From assembly GCA_016866975.1 (NCBI GenBank), contig VGKP01000009.1:1-32640 (forward strand): a stretch of DNA of 32,640 nucleotides. The letters run 5' to 3'. Numbering within the stretch: the stretch's first letter is position 1; every line of letters starts with the position of its first letter. The DNA is from Candidatus Pacearchaeota archaeon. GTDB taxonomy: Archaea > Nanobdellota > Nanobdellia > Pacearchaeales > GW2011-AR1. Below the pieces are notes generated by a model, which saw only the letters and a list, made by a program, of their open reading frames with translations, ran no database searches and was not told the origin of the DNA. The translations under genes were made by a program, and so were the position numbers. Positions 1 to 8,309 of this stretch are shown here, piece after piece.

Positions 1-1
1 G

Positions 2-1819
2 AAAGACAGCGGAGTGCAATACAGAGTATATCTAAGGAATCCTCCAGATACAAGCTACTATTACTCTTCACAGTTCCTACCTGTCGCGGCAGGGTATATA
101 TCAAGAGGGGAATATGCCACACAGACGAAAGATTTCACAGCTCCTGAAGGATACAAGGAACTTTGCGTAGATGTCAACGGACAGGAAGAATGTGGGTTCA
201 AGCAGGTATCGACAAGCTTTGCAGTCAAACAAATAAGAGATGAATTTGTGAAAGAAGAAATTAAGAACAATCAAGTGACATCTGAAAAAGAATGCATAAG
301 CGGGAGCGCAAGCTTATCTGGAGCAGTAGGTGCAGCATTGACAAATACCAATCCTCAGGCAGCGGGGGAAGAGGCATTGACTCCACAAATATACAAGAGA
401 GGAGTTATAAGAATATGCTCTACAGCCAATCCAGGAAATTCGACAAATCCAAACAGGTTTGTAGATGTAGGCAGTTGCGGAGAGCAGAGAGTAAGGTGCT
501 GGCTTGACCAAGAGAGTGTAGACAGGGCGATAACTGAAAACAATAAAGGTGCAAAAAAAGATGCATTGGAAGCGATAAAAGCGCAACAGATAAAAGTGCT
601 TCAAGAACAGGGGAGCATATTGAGAGAAGACCAAGCTACAACTTTATTGAGTAAAATGAGGAAAGAGATAGGAGATATTGAAAGCGATGTATCAAATGGA
701 AAAGACGTGGCTGAGGTAAAGAGAAAAGCAGAAGAGCTATTGCTGCAGATGGACACTGAATTTGGACCGAGACTTGAAAAATTGATATACAATCCTAATA
801 AGGCAGAAGTCTTATTGCTCAAGGCACAGGCATATGGCGCTGTAGCTGAAGCTTACAGAATGCGGGCGCAAAGAGGCGGCAAGACAATCCCTGCGCCAAG
901 TACAAGCCCTACTGCGAAATCGAGCTCTGCTTCTACTTCCTCGAACACTCTGCCTTTGCCTTCTCCGACGCTAAAAACTTTTGATCAACTTATTGAGAGT
1001 GGATTTTACTCCATTCCTTTTACGGTCGTTACTCCTGGTTTTACTCGTAATATTGATTTTACTTACTCTTCTAACGGATGGAAGAGTGGCTCTTCAGATT
1101 TTTTCGAAGTAAGCAAAGAACTTTCTTCTAGCCTTGGAGAAAAGAATTTCAGCGCAGGCCTTTCTCTCTTGCTCAAATATGCCCGAGATCATGAACAGGA
1201 TGGAGTATATGTTGAAACTGAGAGTGTGAAGTATCGAGGAGGAAACAATGATTTTCTCATTGAGCATAATCGAACCACATTTAATATCCGCTACTCTTTG
1301 AAATGGGAATGGTATTTTGGAGAGAAGTGGATTAATCAAAAAAATCCGGATGGTGAATTTGAAAAAAAAGTTTTCGAAGCCGTTAAGACCTTGGATGAGG
1401 ATAAAGGTGCTCTTTTGATTTTTAGTCTTTCTAATCTTTCATTATTCAATAAACTAATTTCTTCGCCTTCTTCCTCTTCTTCAGGAACAATTACTTCAAC
1501 AACAACTACTTCTGCACCGAAATCTATTGTTCTCAAAGGTGAGAGCACTTACGACCCTCGGAAGAAATTGCCTATCTTTGTTGATGGCCAAGACAGCGGA
1601 GTTTATCTTAATGGAGGAAAGATTTATCGAGAAGGAGTCTCTGGAGAGATAGGGGTCGTGAAGAATAGCATAAGCAGTCTCCCCCTCCTTTCTATTTTTA
1701 ACTCCCATAAAAAAACTCTCGGAGACTCACTTTATGATGCTCTTAATGGAGGAACACTTATTAACCAACCAACTGGACAAGATGTCAAAATTATCACAGC
1801 TGGAAATGCCCCTTCTTGA
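2..1819 (+). CDS. Large hypothetical protein, C-terminal part (5' end outside window); Cys-containing region, Ser/Thr/Pro linkers, two loosely repeated modules
   Basis: Frame open from position 2 to TGA at 1817-1819; linkers PAPSTSPTAKSSSASTSS and SSPSSSSSGTITSTTTTS; no recognisable catalytic motif. Confidence 0.75.
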   Translation, partial: KDSGVQYRVYLRNPPDTSYYYSSQFLPVAAGYISRGEYATQTKDFTAPEGYKELCVDVNGQEECGFKQVSTSFAVKQIRDEFVKEEIKNNQVTSEKECISGSASLSGAVGAALTNTNPQAAGEEALTPQIYKRGVIRICSTANPGNSTNPNRFVDVGSCGEQRVRCWLDQESVDRAITENNKGAKKDALEAIKAQQIKVLQEQGSILREDQATTLLSKMRKEIGDIESDVSNGKDVAEVKRKAEELLLQMDTEFGPRLEKLIYNPNKAEVLLLKAQAYGAVAEAYRMRAQRGGKTIPAPSTSPTAKSSSASTSSNTLPLPSPTLKTFDQLIESGFYSIPFTVVTPGFTRNIDFTYSSNGWKSGSSDFFEVSKELSSSLGEKNFSAGLSLLLKYARDHEQDGVYVETESVKYRGGNNDFLIEHNRTTFNIRYSLKWEWYFGEKWINQKNPDGEFEKKVFEAVKTLDEDKGALLIFSLSNLSLFNKLISSPSSSSSGTITSTTTTSAPKSIVLKGESTYDPRKKLPIFVDGQDSGVYLNGGKIYREGVSGEIGVVKNSISSLPLLSIFNSHKKTLGDSLYDALNGGTLINQPTGQDVKIITAGNAPS

Positions 1820-2125
1820 GAAGTATCTCCTTCTATTCTTCCTGGCTCTCAAAGCCCTTAAGGTATATAGTTGATAGGATATTTTTCTTATTGATCAACG
1901 GCTTGTTAGCATAGAAATAACCTTTGTTTAAAGTAAATCATTTCGATTAAGAGGAGTTGTTTGCAGCAACTTGAATATAAAATAGGCGTACAATTTGAGC
2001 TAATTTTTGTTCTGCACTAAGCATATTTGCGAAGCGAAATAAATTACCTCTTAATTTGCTTTGCCATATCTAAGTTCTTCTGTGTAAATTTCTCTCTATC
2101 CAGTTAATGTGCCAAAAAGAGAGAA

Positions 2126-2209
2126 TGCGGGGGCTAGGATTTGAACCTAGGAAGGCACTAAGCCACTGCGTCCTAAGCGCAGTCCATTTGACCGCTCTGG
2201 CACCCCCGC
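2126..2209 (-). tRNA. trnL: tRNA-Leu(TAG), long variable arm, no encoded CCA
   Basis: Acceptor GCGGGGG/CCCCCGC+A; anticodon arm CTGCG-CTTAGGA-CGCAG; T arm CTAGG-TTCAAAT-CCTAG. Confidence 0.97.
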
Positions 2210-2231
2210 ATACATAAGAAACCTATGGTTC

Positions 2232-2279
2232 GTCAAGGACTTCGTCCTTGAGCGCGCTCAGGAATTTTTGATTCCTGAC
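2232..2279. repeat. Two adjacent hairpins of the dispersed palindromic family (shortened module A plus TCAGGAAT/ATTCCTGA hairpin)
   Basis: GTCAAGGAC-TTC-GTCCTTGAGC matches the outer stem GTCAAGGAAC...GTTCCTTGAGC of the 20892 and 22276 copies. Confidence 0.7.
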
Positions 2280-2380
2280 GTCTTGTTGGTCAACTACTCT
2301 TAGGAAACTATCCTACTTTAAGAATGTTGACTATGACTATGACATATAAAGGTTTTTAAAGTAATAGTATACTCAGTGAA

Positions 2381-3142
2381 ATGGAAAATGAAGCAATGAA
2401 AGCAGGAATATCTCGAGAGCTTGCGTCAAAGCTTGTTCTTGAAAGAGATGCAATGACTGCTAAGATAGAATCCTTAAGACAAAGACTAAACTTCTCACCT
2501 GAGAGAAAAAGAGATTCTATAGCAGAGAGAGTAAAGAGGTATGAAGATAGGAGGTTAGAGATTATCACGTTTTTTGTGGAAATGAACATTCCACTAGTCC
2601 GTTATATAGTCAGTAAGTATCATTTCAACCATCCTAAACTTGATAAGTTGGAACTTATGGAAAAATGTGAAGATAGTTTGGTCAGGTGTGCAGAAAGATA
2701 TAATCCTTCTAACTCTGAAGCAAAATTTGGGACTTATGCGGCAAGAGCATTGGAAAGAGCCTGTGAGAAAGTGAATATAAAAGCACATAGAGAGAAAAGA
2801 GACATTGATAAGATCAGTCAACTTGAAGAACAAATATATGATGATGAGGGGTTTACTATAGGAGATGAGTATGTTGATCCTCAGCAGAAAAACCCTGCAG
2901 GAGACCCGATATATAATGATCAAGTAAGAATAGTAGGACAGATCCTAAAAACTCTTGGAGAAAGGGAAAGAACTATCCTTGAATATAGATTTGGATTCAA
3001 TGGTTCAGAATATTCCTGCGAAGATTTAGTACCGAAATTTAAGGTCACAAGAGAAAGAATAAGACAAATTCAAAATGCGGGGCTTAAAAAAGCGAGAGAT
3101 TATCTTGCAAGAAGAGGGATAACAAAAATAGATGAGATATAA
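2381..3142 (+). CDS. Sigma-70 family (RpoD-like) protein with regions 2, 3.2 and 4
   Basis: NIPLVRYIVSKY...AERYNP...KFGTYA (region 2); SQLEEQIYDDEGFTIGDEYVD (3.2); LGERERTILEYRFG...VTRERIRQIQNAGLKKAR (region 4 HTH). Confidence 0.85.
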   Translation: MENEAMKAGISRELASKLVLERDAMTAKIESLRQRLNFSPERKRDSIAERVKRYEDRRLEIITFFVEMNIPLVRYIVSKYHFNHPKLDKLELMEKCEDSLVRCAERYNPSNSEAKFGTYAARALERACEKVNIKAHREKRDIDKISQLEEQIYDDEGFTIGDEYVDPQQKNPAGDPIYNDQVRIVGQILKTLGERERTILEYRFGFNGSEYSCEDLVPKFKVTRERIRQIQNAGLKKARDYLARRGITKIDEI

Positions 3143-4078
3143 CTATTTACTTGAACTTCTATCGACTGCTGCAGCTACTTTTGCCTTGAGTTTCTCTTCG
3201 AGATCCAAGCGATCTATCAATTCTTTGTATCTGTTTCTTATAGTCACTTCTGTAATGCCTGCTACATCCGCGACTTCTCTCTGCGTCTTCTTCTCATCAT
3301 TTATTAATGCGGCGACATAAAGGGCTGCCGCGGCGACTCCTGCAGGGCCTCTTCCAGATGTAAGTTCAGAAATGTCTGCTTTCTTTAGTATTTTTAATGC
3401 CTCATTCTGGGTTTTTGGAGAGAGATGGAGAATAGATGAAAATCTTGAGATATAGTCTTTTGGTGAGCTTGGCGTGACTTTGATTTTTAGCTTTCTGACA
3501 ATGAAACGATATGTCCTTCCAATCTCTTTCCTCTCCACATCAGACGCTCCTGCAATCTCATCAAGAGTTCTTGGGATGTTATATGAACGGCATGCGGCAT
3601 AAATACAGGCTGCTATTACTGACTCCATGCTTCTACCTCTTACAAGTCCTCTTTGAAGGACAAAATTGTATACCCTGGATGCTTCATCCCTAACGACAGA
3701 AGGAAGGTTCAGGAAGCTTGCCACTCTTCTTAGTTCAGCCATGGCTAGCCTTAGATTTCTTTCAATAGAAGTAGATACTCTCTCCTGCCATTTCTTCAAT
3801 CTTAAGAATTTTCTTGTTTGACCTGCCTCAAGCCTGTAGATATCAGAAATCTCTCCTACATTAGTTGTAAGCCCTTTGTCGAACTTCTGGAGAGACATAG
3901 GGGCACCGCCACGTCCTTTCTTGTCAGCCTTGTCAAACTGGCCTCCTAGGTCCTGTCCGGTATCGACCATCTTCTCTTCGATGATAAGGCCACATTCATT
4001 GCATATAATCTCGCCGCGCTGGTCGTCATAGGTCAGGTCGACACTTCCACACTCTGGGCAGCGCTTAACATAGCTCAT
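3143..4078 (-). CDS. tfb: Transcription initiation factor IIB (TFB)
   Basis: Zn ribbon CPECG...CNECG, two cyclin repeats (GLVRGRSMESVIAACIYAACR; TSGRGPAGVAAAALY), C-terminal VTIRNRYKEL. Confidence 0.97.
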   Translation of the reverse strand: MSYVKRCPECGSVDLTYDDQRGEIICNECGLIIEEKMVDTGQDLGGQFDKADKKGRGGAPMSLQKFDKGLTTNVGEISDIYRLEAGQTRKFLRLKKWQERVSTSIERNLRLAMAELRRVASFLNLPSVVRDEASRVYNFVLQRGLVRGRSMESVIAACIYAACRSYNIPRTLDEIAGASDVERKEIGRTYRFIVRKLKIKVTPSSPKDYISRFSSILHLSPKTQNEALKILKKADISELTSGRGPAGVAAAALYVAALINDEKKTQREVADVAGITEVTIRNRYKELIDRLDLEEKLKAKVAAAVDRSSSK

Positions 4079-4159
4079 AAATGGTATTTTGGAAAGATTT
4101 AAAAAGGAAACTGCAGATACACTATTTAAATCTTTCTATTAAGAAATATTTTCTCGAGG

Positions 4160-4525
4160 CTATTTCTGTTCCAATAGGACAGCATTAACACACCCTTCCT
4201 GACTTGGGCGATTGGTTATTCTTGCTTTTCCCATTGAAGTTTCAATAATGGCTCCTTTCATGAGCCTGTTTTGACGGGCAAAGAAACGATTCTGCGGGGT
4301 CTCCTCTACGTTTTTTATCTCAGCATGCTTGGTCTTTCCTTTTATAGAAATATTGGCTACATTTGCCCTCAGCAATATGACTTTTCTTGCCCCGCCCCTG
4401 ACATAGAGCTTCTTTGTTTTTGTGTCGCCTAAAGTGACTTGCCTTTCAGGGTTTCTTTTCTCATAGAGTTTCTTTTTCCTTTGCTTGTGATATTTTCCAC
4501 CTGAAATCTTTCTTCCATAATTCAT
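4160..4525 (-). CDS. rps8e: 30S ribosomal protein S8e
   Basis: RKISGGKY, VRGG, ITNRPSQEGCVNAVLL motifs. Confidence 0.95.
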   Translation of the reverse strand: MNYGRKISGGKYHKQRKKKLYEKRNPERQVTLGDTKTKKLYVRGGARKVILLRANVANISIKGKTKHAEIKNVEETPQNRFFARQNRLMKGAIIETSMGKARITNRPSQEGCVNAVLLEQK

Positions 4526-4627
4526 ATATCAAAGGAAAAAAGTTGGTTTATATACCTTTCCCTAAAGTGGGCTGTAAAGTTAAATTCATCTAAAATGGCA
4601 CATTTAAAATGTAAGAAAAACAAAAAT

Positions 4628-4798
4628 TCAAGCAAGCCTCGGCTTAAAAGCCGAGGTTAAAACCCGAAGGGTTTTGTGATGTCGGGAACCGATGAAAACC
4701 ACACCTTTCAAGGTGTGGTGGTTCCCGAGCATCTCCAAAAACGAGCGCCTGCAACAAACTTCGGCTTTTAAGCCGAGGTGGCGCATCGTTTTTGTGAT
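4628..4798. repeat. Intergenic composite copy of the palindromic element: module C (4628-4680) plus a 118-nt A+B copy (4681-4798)
   Basis: CCTCGGCT-TAAA-AGCCGAGG; AAAACCC-GAA-GGGTTTT; TCGGGAACC...CCACACCT-TTCA-AGGTGTGG...GGTTCCCGA; AAAAACGAGCGCC...CTTCGGCT-TTTA-AGCCGAGG...GGCGCATCGTTTTT. Confidence 0.9.
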
Positions 4799-4917
4799 AT
4801 TTTTTTAATGCTAGAGATCAGAGAATCAAAAACATGCTTAGAGTTTTAACTCTGAATCCTCGAGGTTAGTATGAGTGATGCATTGCGTTTTTAATTTCTC
4901 CAGAGTAATGCGATAGA

Positions 4918-4925
4918 TTTAAATA
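4918..4925 (+). promoter_or_regulatory. Archaeal TATA box for the Sm gene
   Basis: TTTAAATA 21 nt before ATG 4947; the same octamer lies 21-23 nt before tRNA-Arg, glyS and the ZIP gene. Confidence 0.6.
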
Positions 4926-4946
4926 CGTTCACGATTGCATGGATTT

Positions 4947-5195
4947 ATGGTGAATGGAATCGAACGACCTCTAGACCTTTTGAATGCTTCGAAAGGAAAA
5001 GAAGTAATGATACAGTTGAAGGGAGAAAAGCAATTCGTCGGAACCCTAATGGCTTTTGATATTCATATCAATGTCGTATTAGATAATGCAAAAGAGATGG
5101 AAAATGGTACTCTGAAGAAGAATATCGGACTGACTTTTCTTAGAGGAGACACTATAATCTTCATTTCTCCAGCTTCAACTAGTTTGAAGAGATAA
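4947..5195 (+). CDS. Sm-like archaeal protein (SmAP/LSm)
   Basis: ERPLDLL...GTLMAFDIHINVVLDNAKE (Sm1) and FLRGDTIIFISP (Sm2); ATG 4947 preferred over TTG 4935. Confidence 0.93.
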   Translation: MVNGIERPLDLLNASKGKEVMIQLKGEKQFVGTLMAFDIHINVVLDNAKEMENGTLKKNIGLTFLRGDTIIFISPASTSLKR

Positions 5196-5201
5196 ATATC
5201 T

Positions 5202-5642
5202 TCAAAGTGTATTCTCATCTAGGAAATTTTGAATGAGTTTGACTTTATCGTGTCTTTGTATGCGTTTATAGAATCGTAGAGCAACAGGAAGGGGTTGTGT
5301 TGGCAAGATAAGTCCTTTCCATATTACATTTTTAATTGTCTTGACACTCGTATTTTTCCGGTCTTCATAAACTGCAATCTCAAACTCTATATCTTCTATA
5401 CTGGCTTTTAGGAGATATGCCCCTTTATCTTTAATGTAAAAGTCTTTTGTGACTAATATGCCGAGAATCCTCCTAAATCTCTCAAGACTTTCAGGAGTAG
5501 TGGTGATGTCAATATCGTTTGGCTCCACAGGCAGACCCTGGACGAAAAGATTAACGGAGCCTTCGAGGTACCATGTCAATTTTTCATCTTTAATGATAGA
5601 CAGGAACCTGTTCAGTGCAGAGTATATCTCTTTTTCATTCAT
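5202..5642 (-). CDS. Small Pol-beta-superfamily nucleotidyltransferase
   Basis: WYLEGSVNLFVQG...PNDIDI (GS...DxD motif). Confidence 0.75.
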   Translation of the reverse strand: MNEKEIYSALNRFLSIIKDEKLTWYLEGSVNLFVQGLPVEPNDIDITTTPESLERFRRILGILVTKDFYIKDKGAYLLKASIEDIEFEIAVYEDRKNTSVKTIKNVIWKGLILPTQPLPVALRFYKRIQRHDKVKLIQNFLDENTL

Positions 5643-6114
5643 TTTCTTGTAGTAGTTTGTATTTTAGAAAGTTTTCTTCTGGTTTGTCCTTACTTTTTTT
5701 GTGTGCCTTTTTGTAAATAGAAACTAGACTTTCTTTCGATACAATATCTATTTTGAGACCGTGTATCTCTAATTTTTTTAATTGAGGCGTTTTTTCTTGC
5801 CAAAATTCTATAGAGTCACATTCTATGATCAGATCAGACTTTATTATCTGCAAAGTATGCCACTTTTCGGAGTACTTATATTTCATTCTTTCTTTTTTAA
5901 GCATATTTATTAGTTTCTCAAAACTTTTCTCAGGAACCAAAATGTCTATATCGTTAATTATCAGACCTTTATTCTTTGTATAAACAAACAATGCAAGACT
6001 TCCATATAGTATCGGTCTTAATCCTGTTTTCTTGCATATATGAACTATCTTCTTACAAAATTTAATTAATCTTAATGTTTTAAGCTTATTTTTTGGAAAA
6101 GCATTTACTCTCAT
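5635..6114 (-). CDS. Second small Pol-beta-superfamily nucleotidyltransferase
   Basis: PILYGSLAL...INDIDILVP; third acidic strand IECDS; overlaps both neighbours. Confidence 0.75.
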   Translation of the reverse strand: MRVNAFPKNKLKTLRLIKFCKKIVHICKKTGLRPILYGSLALFVYTKNKGLIINDIDILVPEKSFEKLINMLKKERMKYKYSEKWHTLQIIKSDLIIECDSIEFWQEKTPQLKKLEIHGLKIDIVSKESLVSIYKKAHKKSKDKPEENFLKYKLLQENE

Positions 6115-7010
6115 ACTACAATTGTATCCAGGTCTTTTGCTATCCTAGTGTTCTTGAAAATCTTTTTTGCCTGCTTTTCAATTATCTGCGGGGCGTGCTC
6201 ATATCTTTGAGAGATGTGCGTCAGAATAAGGCTCTTTGCTTTTGCTTTTTTTGCGATATTTGCTGCCTGTCCTGCAGTAAGGTGCTTGTATTCCTTCGCT
6301 CTTTCTTCTTCTTCAATGGCAAAAGTAGACTCTGCGATTATGAGATCAGAATCCTTCGCTATCTCTACAGCATTTTGGTTCATCTCTGTATCCAGTATGA
6401 ATGTTACTTTTCTTCCCTCTTCTGTATAGGTGATGTCCTTTGCCTTTATTTTTTTTCCATTGAATATGATGTCATGACCATTCTGCAGCTGTCCAAGAAT
6501 AGGGGAATTAGGAAGCTTCAATTTCTGTATCTTTCTTTTATCTAATCTGGTCTTTTTCTTGATGTTGAAAGAATATGCACAGGAGGGTATGCCATGAGAC
6601 ATTGGTTTTGCCTCAATAAAAAACTCTTTCTCATGTACGATTGTGCCTTCTTTTACTTCGTGAATCTCAATAGGTATTCTTATATGAAGCAGAAGTTCTT
6701 CAATCAAAGAAAAAAATTTCTTTGTCCCTGCTGGACCATAGACCATAAGCTTTCTCTGATAATCTGACATAGCCAGTGTCTGAAGCAATCCCGGGATGCC
6801 TAGAATATGGTCTCCATGCCAATGAGTTATAAGAAGTCTCGTTATCTTTGTAGGTGATAGCTTAGCGTACCTAAACTGTCTCTGGATACCCTCTCCACAG
6901 TCCACAAGAATCTGTTCGTCTTTATATGACAAAAAAATACCTGTATGGCTTCTTAGTTCGGTAGGGACTGCATTCCCCGTACCTAGAAAAGTCAAAGTTA
7001 TCGGTTCCAT
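6111..7010 (-). CDS. rnz: Ribonuclease Z (tRNA 3' endonuclease)
   Basis: FLGTGNAVP, DCGEG, THWHGDH metallo-beta-lactamase motif, flexible arm (KLPNSPILG), HLTAGQA, LTHISQRY. Confidence 0.95.
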   Translation of the reverse strand: MEPITLTFLGTGNAVPTELRSHTGIFLSYKDEQILVDCGEGIQRQFRYAKLSPTKITRLLITHWHGDHILGIPGLLQTLAMSDYQRKLMVYGPAGTKKFFSLIEELLLHIRIPIEIHEVKEGTIVHEKEFFIEAKPMSHGIPSCAYSFNIKKKTRLDKRKIQKLKLPNSPILGQLQNGHDIIFNGKKIKAKDITYTEEGRKVTFILDTEMNQNAVEIAKDSDLIIAESTFAIEEEERAKEYKHLTAGQAANIAKKAKAKSLILTHISQRYEHAPQIIEKQAKKIFKNTRIAKDLDTIVV

Positions 7011-7083
7011 AATGATATATAGATATATTATTTATATAGGTTCCTAGAGGAAGCTTTATAAGATACAAGGCCCTTTTGTCGTC

Positions 7084-7713
7084 ATGGGAAAAAGAAGAGT
7101 ATTGACGATATATGTTCTAATCTTTCTGGCATCTTTTTTCTTAATAGCTTTTCAGTTTTCTACCACTCGACATTATATAGGATCTGTCGTATATGAAGAG
7201 AATAGCCCATTAGTCGTTAGCGATGGTTCAGGTGTAAGATTTTGGTTTGAAGAAGCTCTTTTATTATCTCCCGGGCTGGGGAAGAATTCATACGCAGTTA
7301 TAGAAAATACAGGCAAGATGAACCTGAGACATTGTGCCTTAGGATCAGGAGATAATTCTATAATACTGTCCTCTTCTGTTTTTTCTATCGGGGGAGAGAA
7401 AAGTACGAGAGTTCCTGTAAACATATTAGTAGCGAATGACATTCCTGAGGCTGGAAGTATTACCGTAATATTGGATTGCGAAGATTTCTCTGAATCTTAT
7501 GTCTCTTCTTTCACAGCACAAGGGTATGCTCCTATTACAACAGGTATTGCTGTTCAGGATGAAACAAAGGCAAAACTCTCTGTCGCAGGATATGTTTTCA
7601 TAGGCGTGATAATCGCCCTCATAATTGCCAGATTATTTTATAGGAGAGATATAAGAGCACATTCACATTATCCCAGGCCTAGAAGAACAATAGTGCCTTT
7701 GGAGTTGAGTTAG
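7084..7713 (+). CDS. Hypothetical membrane protein (N-terminal and C-terminal TM segments, beta-rich middle)
   Basis: Hydrophobic VLTIYVLIFLASFFLIAF and VAGYVFIGVIIALIIA segments. Confidence 0.7.
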   Translation: MGKRRVLTIYVLIFLASFFLIAFQFSTTRHYIGSVVYEENSPLVVSDGSGVRFWFEEALLLSPGLGKNSYAVIENTGKMNLRHCALGSGDNSIILSSSVFSIGGEKSTRVPVNILVANDIPEAGSITVILDCEDFSESYVSSFTAQGYAPITTGIAVQDETKAKLSVAGYVFIGVIIALIIARLFYRRDIRAHSHYPRPRRTIVPLELS

Positions 7714-7811
7714 ATACCGATCTGAAAAACTCTGAGCTAAAGTCGCAGAGAGTATTTGAGTTTTTTTGTTACAGCCCTTAAGATAGTAGCGGAATTCATG
7801 ACATGTGAAGG

Positions 7812-7819
7812 TTTAAATA
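7812..7819 (+). promoter_or_regulatory. TATA box for tRNA-Arg
   Basis: GAAGG-TTTAAATA, 23 nt before the tRNA 5' end. Confidence 0.65.
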
Positions 7820-7842
7820 ATTATTTACGGATTCCATCTTAA

Positions 7843-7988
7843 GCTCCTGTAGCTCAGCCTGGATAGAGCATCGGACTTCTACCTAAGAGAACCAAGGTTC
7901 CTTCGGGATAACCTCCTTCATTGGGGGCCCTTAAGGAAGCCAAGGGGAAGCAATCCGAGGGTCGTAGGTTCAAATCCTATCAGGAGCG
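7843..7988 (+). tRNA. trnR: tRNA-Arg(TCT) with 71-nt intron at 37/38 (7882-7952)
   Basis: Acceptor GCTCCTG/CAGGAGC+G; TCGGA-CTTCTA|A-TCCGA; BHB with central helix CTTC/GAAG and bulges TA|C and CA|A. Confidence 0.95.
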
Positions 7989-8246
7989 TAGGGATTTGAA
8001 AGTGCTCGCAGAGCTACGCTCCGCGGCAACCTTCACGAGGTATTCGCTCAGGTGTTCAAATCCTATCAGGAGCGTAGGGATTTGAAAGTGCTCGCAGAGC
8101 TACGCTCCGCGGCAACCTTCACGAGGTATTCGCTCAGGTGTTCAAATCCTATCAGGAGCGTAGGGATTTGAAAGTGCTCGCAGAGCTACGCTCCGCGGCA
8201 ACCTTCACGAGGTATTCGCTCAGGTGTTCAAATCCTATCAGGAGCG
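7968..8246 (+). repeat. Perfect 86-bp tandem array: four copies of the 21-nt tRNA 3' end separated by three identical 65-nt spacers
   Basis: GTTCAAATCCTATCAGGAGCG starts at 7968, 8054, 8140 and 8226. Confidence 0.95.
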
Positions 8247-8309
8247 CTTTTCTAGGATTTGATTACAGTCGCTAAAGGTTTAAAAGTAGGTGGTGCTAGG
8301 AAATTGTAC

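Noticed and set aside
1820-2125. Possible gene remnant on the - strand downstream of tRNA-Leu
   Set aside because: Only fragments under about 30 codons with no recognisable motif
7968-8246. CRISPR array
   Set aside because: Spacers are identical and 65 nt long, the repeat is a tRNA 3' end, and no cas genes are present
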